63,436 bases of DNA. Origin: Alphaproteobacteria bacterium. GTDB lineage: Bacteria > Pseudomonadota > Alphaproteobacteria > JAQWUY01. Location of the stretch: positions 1 through 63,436 of the forward strand of contig JBMZFW010000001.1 of the NCBI GenBank assembly GCA_049615605.1, given 5' to 3'. Both the position numbers and the translations under genes were made by a program. How positions within the stretch are numbered: position 1 is the first letter of the stretch; each line of letters starts with the position of its first letter. The notes beneath the pieces are model-generated. The model was not told the DNA's origin. It was given only the letters and a program-made list of their open reading frames with translations, and did no database searches. Positions 60,394-63,436 of this stretch are shown in pieces.

Positions 60394-61434
60394 TTAGTCC
60401 TTAAAGACAAAAACTAGCTTCTGATTATAAGAAATATCAACGCTTTCACCTTCTTTAAAATCGTGCATATTATCAATGCGACAATGCAGGTGAATATCAT
60501 TCGGGCAATCAATGTGAATTAAATCCATTGCCCCAAGGTTTTTAATTTGTTGAATTTTATTTTTTGTATTTGTTTTTTTGGATAATTTTATCGCCTCTGA
60601 CCTTATAATAACTTTTGCATTATCAGTATCAGATAAATTTGTTTTAAATTCGCCAATATCCGTTATCGCCACATTATTTTTAATTTTTGCGGGGATAACA
60701 TTAACTTCACCAAAGAAATTAGATATAAATTCATTCTTTGGATTGAAATATAGATCTTTTGGGCTTCCGTGTTGTAAAACCTTGCCATTATTAATAAGAA
60801 CAATTTTATCGGACATAAACATTGCTTCTTGTGGGCAATGTGTCACAATTAATGCAGAACAGCCAATTTGTTTAATAATGTGTAATGTTTCGTCCCTTAA
60901 CTTATCACGCAACTTTGCATCAAGGTGTGAAAATGGTTCATCCATTAAAATAAGTTTTGGATTTGGTGCAATTGCCCTAGCAAGTGATACCCTTTGCTGT
61001 TGCCCGCCTGATAATTCATAAGGGTATTTATCTTTGTAATCAGACATACCAACCAGTTTCAATGTTTTTTCAACTATTTTTTCTTTGGATTCTTTGCTTT
61101 CATTAATCAAACAAAATGCAACATTCTGGCAAACTGTTAAATGTGGAAACAACGCAAATTCTTGAAACATTACACTTACATTGCGATTTTCAGGTGGGAT
61201 AATAATTTTATTTGCCCCACTTGCCAGCTTTGAATGAATTTTAATTTCACCTGTATTTGGGGTTTCCGTACCAGAAATCAATCTTAACAATGTTGTTTTA
61301 CCAGAACCAGATTCACCAAGTAATGAAACAATATCACCTTCGCCAATTGAAAAGTTAAAATCATCAAATATATTTTTCCCACCCTTTTCATAAAAATAAA
61401 AAAGATTTGATATTTCCAAAATATTTTGTTGCAT
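60394..61434 (-). CDS. ABC transporter ATP-binding protein (FbpC/PotA-like, with a C-terminal regulatory/TOBE-like domain)
   Basis: Listed ORF, 346 aa. Walker A GESGSGKTT and signature LSGGQQQR. Confidence 0.88.
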   Translation of the reverse strand: MQQNILEISNLFYFYEKGGKNIFDDFNFSIGEGDIVSLLGESGSGKTTLLRLISGTETPNTGEIKIHSKLASGANKIIIPPENRNVSVMFQEFALFPHLTVCQNVAFCLINESKESKEKIVEKTLKLVGMSDYKDKYPYELSGGQQQRVSLARAIAPNPKLILMDEPFSHLDAKLRDKLRDETLHIIKQIGCSALIVTHCPQEAMFMSDKIVLINNGKVLQHGSPKDLYFNPKNEFISNFFGEVNVIPAKIKNNVAITDIGEFKTNLSDTDNAKVIIRSEAIKLSKKTNTKNKIQQIKNLGAMDLIHIDCPNDIHLHCRIDNMHDFKEGESVDISYNQKLVFVFKD

Positions 61435-61489
61435 TATTTGTCCTTAAAAAATAATATTGTTTAATACAAAGTATAATAATCATTAATTA

Positions 61490-62476
61490 ATGTCTAGTTC
61501 AAACAAAATGAATAATATTTTAAATCAAGTGGGTAACACACCTATTGTTAAGTTAAATAAAGCTTCTGAAATTTCAGGGGCTAATATCTATGCCAAATGT
61601 GAATTCTTAAATCCGGGTGGGTCAATCAAAGACCGTGCGGCAAAGCAAATCCTTATCAAAGCAATGGAAAATGGCGACCTTAAAAAAGGTGATACTTTTA
61701 TTGAAGCAACAGCTGGTAATACAGGCATATCATTAACATTGTTTGCAAATGCACTTGGGTTAAAATCAATTATTGTTATGCCCGAAAACCAAGCACAAGC
61801 AAAAAAAGACGCCCTTAAAAACTTAGGTGCTGAATTAATACTTGCCCCTGCGGTGCCACTTGCGGATGAAAATAATTTTCGCAATATGGCAAAAAGATTA
61901 TCACAAGAAAATGGTTATTTCCTAGCCGACCAATTTAACAACTTGGAAAACCGTAATGCCCACGCTGAAAATACAGCCACTGAAATCGCCAAACAATTAC
62001 CAGAAATAAATGGGTTTATTTGTTCTGCTGGTACAGGCGGAACAATTGGCGGGTGTGAAATTGGTTTAAGAAAATTAATCAAAGATATCAAAATCGGACT
62101 TGCTGACCCAGATGGGGCAAACCTTTATAATTATTATACAACTGGCGAATTATCAAATAATGGTAAATCATCAATTATGGAAGGTATTGGACAAAGTGCA
62201 ATTACACCAAACCTTGCTGATTTAAAAATTGATTACGCTTATAATATTTCAGATACAGACGCAGTTGCTTGTGCATTTGAGGCAATAAGCGAAGGTATAA
62301 ATGCTGGTTTATCAAGCGGTATGAATATTGCAGGAAGCATCGCTATGGGCAAAGAACTAGGGAAAGATTCAAATATTTTAACTTTTATTTGTGATACATC
62401 TGACAAATATAAAGAAAAAATGTTTAATAAAGATTTTTTAAATGAAAAAGGCATAACGCCACCAAATTGGATATAA
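61490..62476 (+). CDS. PLP-dependent cysteine synthase / cystathionine beta-synthase family protein (CysK-like, no CBS domains)
   Basis: Listed ORF, 328 aa. PLP-lysine context NPGGSIKDRAA and GNTG loop. Confidence 0.85.
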   Translation: MSSSNKMNNILNQVGNTPIVKLNKASEISGANIYAKCEFLNPGGSIKDRAAKQILIKAMENGDLKKGDTFIEATAGNTGISLTLFANALGLKSIIVMPENQAQAKKDALKNLGAELILAPAVPLADENNFRNMAKRLSQENGYFLADQFNNLENRNAHAENTATEIAKQLPEINGFICSAGTGGTIGGCEIGLRKLIKDIKIGLADPDGANLYNYYTTGELSNNGKSSIMEGIGQSAITPNLADLKIDYAYNISDTDAVACAFEAISEGINAGLSSGMNIAGSIAMGKELGKDSNILTFICDTSDKYKEKMFNKDFLNEKGITPPNWI

Positions 62477-62492
62477 ATATAAAGAAAATAGT

Positions 62493-63436
62493 ATGAAAAA
62501 AGAAACAAAAATTATTCACCCATCAAATTACAAGGGCTGTAAAAGTCAATATGGTTCGGTTAACCCACCTATTGTTCGTGCTTCAACTGTTGCACACAAG
62601 GATTTCAATGAAATTCAAAATCCAGGCGAAGATAGGGTTATATATGGTCGTTATGGTCTTGAACCTGCTGGCACATTAAAAAGGGCTATTGCTGAATTGG
62701 AAGGTGCATATAATACAATCTTAACATCTTGTGGTTTACAAGCTGTTACATTAGGTGTTTTTTCAGCTGTTAAAGCTGGTGACCATGTTATTATTGCCGA
62801 TGGTGTATATGTTCCATCACAAAAACTAGGTAAAGAATTATTACCTGACTTTGGTGTGGAAGTTTCATTCTTTGATGCAATGAAGCCTGAAAGCCTAAAT
62901 GATTTAATCAAAGACAATACAGTTGCTGTATTCTTTGAAGTACCATCATCTGGTACTATGGAATTTCCAAACATTGAAGAAATTATTAACATTACCAAGA
63001 AGCACAATATTTTATCAATCGTTGATAATACTTGGGGTGCTGGCGGTTATTTAGTTAAACCAATGGATTATGGCGTTGATATTTCAATTCAATCATTAAC
63101 AAAGTACCCTTGCGGACATTCAGATGTGTTAATGGGTGCAATATCTGTGCGTGAAAAAGAATTATGGGAAAAAGTTAATCATAAGGCATCATTATTTGGT
63201 TCAGCCGTATCACCTGATGATATTTATCTGCTACTGCGTGGATTAAAGACTATGCCAACGCGACTTAACCAACACCACGATAATGCGATCAAAGTTGCCA
63301 AATTCTTAAAAGACCACGACAAAGTTGATGAAGTATTCTGTCCCGCACTTGAAACTTCACCAGGTCATGAAAACTGGAAAAAATATTGCACCAAAACAAA
63401 TGGATTATTTTCATTCACTTTCAAAGAAAACTATGG
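62493..63436 (+). CDS. Cystathionine beta-lyase-like Cys/Met-metabolism PLP enzyme; 3' end outside the window
   Basis: Not in the ORF track because there is no stop in the window. Frame is open from ATG 62493 (MKKETKIIHPSNYKG...) to the window end. PLP-lysine context SLTKYPCGHSDVLMG resembles MetC. Confidence 0.82.
   Translation, partial: MKKETKIIHPSNYKGCKSQYGSVNPPIVRASTVAHKDFNEIQNPGEDRVIYGRYGLEPAGTLKRAIAELEGAYNTILTSCGLQAVTLGVFSAVKAGDHVIIADGVYVPSQKLGKELLPDFGVEVSFFDAMKPESLNDLIKDNTVAVFFEVPSSGTMEFPNIEEIINITKKHNILSIVDNTWGAGGYLVKPMDYGVDISIQSLTKYPCGHSDVLMGAISVREKELWEKVNHKASLFGSAVSPDDIYLLLRGLKTMPTRLNQHHDNAIKVAKFLKDHDKVDEVFCPALETSPGHENWKKYCTKTNGLFSFTFKENY

Noticed and set aside
62651-63007. Listed 118-aa minus-strand ORF
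   Set aside because: It is antisense to the MetC-like gene, which is open from 62493 to the window end and carries the PLP-lysine motif. The plus-strand gene is missing from the track only because it has no stop in the window.

Overview
The window is a gene-dense, visibly AT-rich stretch of chromosome (G+C not computed) from what looks like a streamlined alphaproteobacterium. I call about 60 protein genes, 5 tRNA genes (His, Ser, Cys, Asn, Lys) and one tRNA-Ser fragment. I found no rRNA, CRISPR array, transposase or integrase, and no recognisable DNA-binding transcription factor. Most content is core housekeeping on the minus strand. It includes glnB-glnA, metG-tatD, holB-tmk, a cell-wall block (dac, rlpA, a lytic transglycosylase, mltA), ilvD, valS, a PopZ-like gene, tolC, recJ-glpX-hom and argC. 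It also includes rplM-rpsI, metZ, coaD, gyrA, ssb/uvrA, trmFO, yajC-secDF, pcm, serS, tatABC, lolCD and proS. The alphaproteobacterial call rests on several signatures: a DUF2497/PopZ-like gene beside valS and tolC, Tim44-like next to mltA, hom-glpX-recJ synteny, and a short ProRS with no large insertion domain. Accessory-looking content comprises three blocks. At the left edge a non-pyrrolysine MttB-family methyltransferase plus two SDRs converges on a DHDPS-like/aldehyde dehydrogenase/FAD-oxidoreductase operon. There is a ferric-type ABC transporter. At the right edge there is a CysK-like/MetC-like pair. Genes are packed very tightly, with many 1-nt TAATG and 8-nt ATGAnTAA overlaps, so the few long spacers stand out. 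The most interesting is the 642-nt argC-rpsI spacer (34351-34992). It holds a promoter overlaid by four phased (T/C)AGAACA direct repeats, which form two GAAC-N7-GAAC boxes of the alphaproteobacterial LexA operator type. That promoter precedes two micro-ORFs absent from the ORF track: a 56-aa hydrophobic peptide and a 29-31-aa peptide. A dense series of hairpins and repeat copies follows. Other unexplained structure: a 107-nt nested palindrome abutting tRNA-Asn; a tandem duplication of the tRNA-Ser 3' part plus its terminator; two short repeat families shared between distant spacers; and a phased direct repeat over an internal promoter in the ABC transporter operon. All functional readings are based on reading the sequence and recognising families. 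No database search was run.
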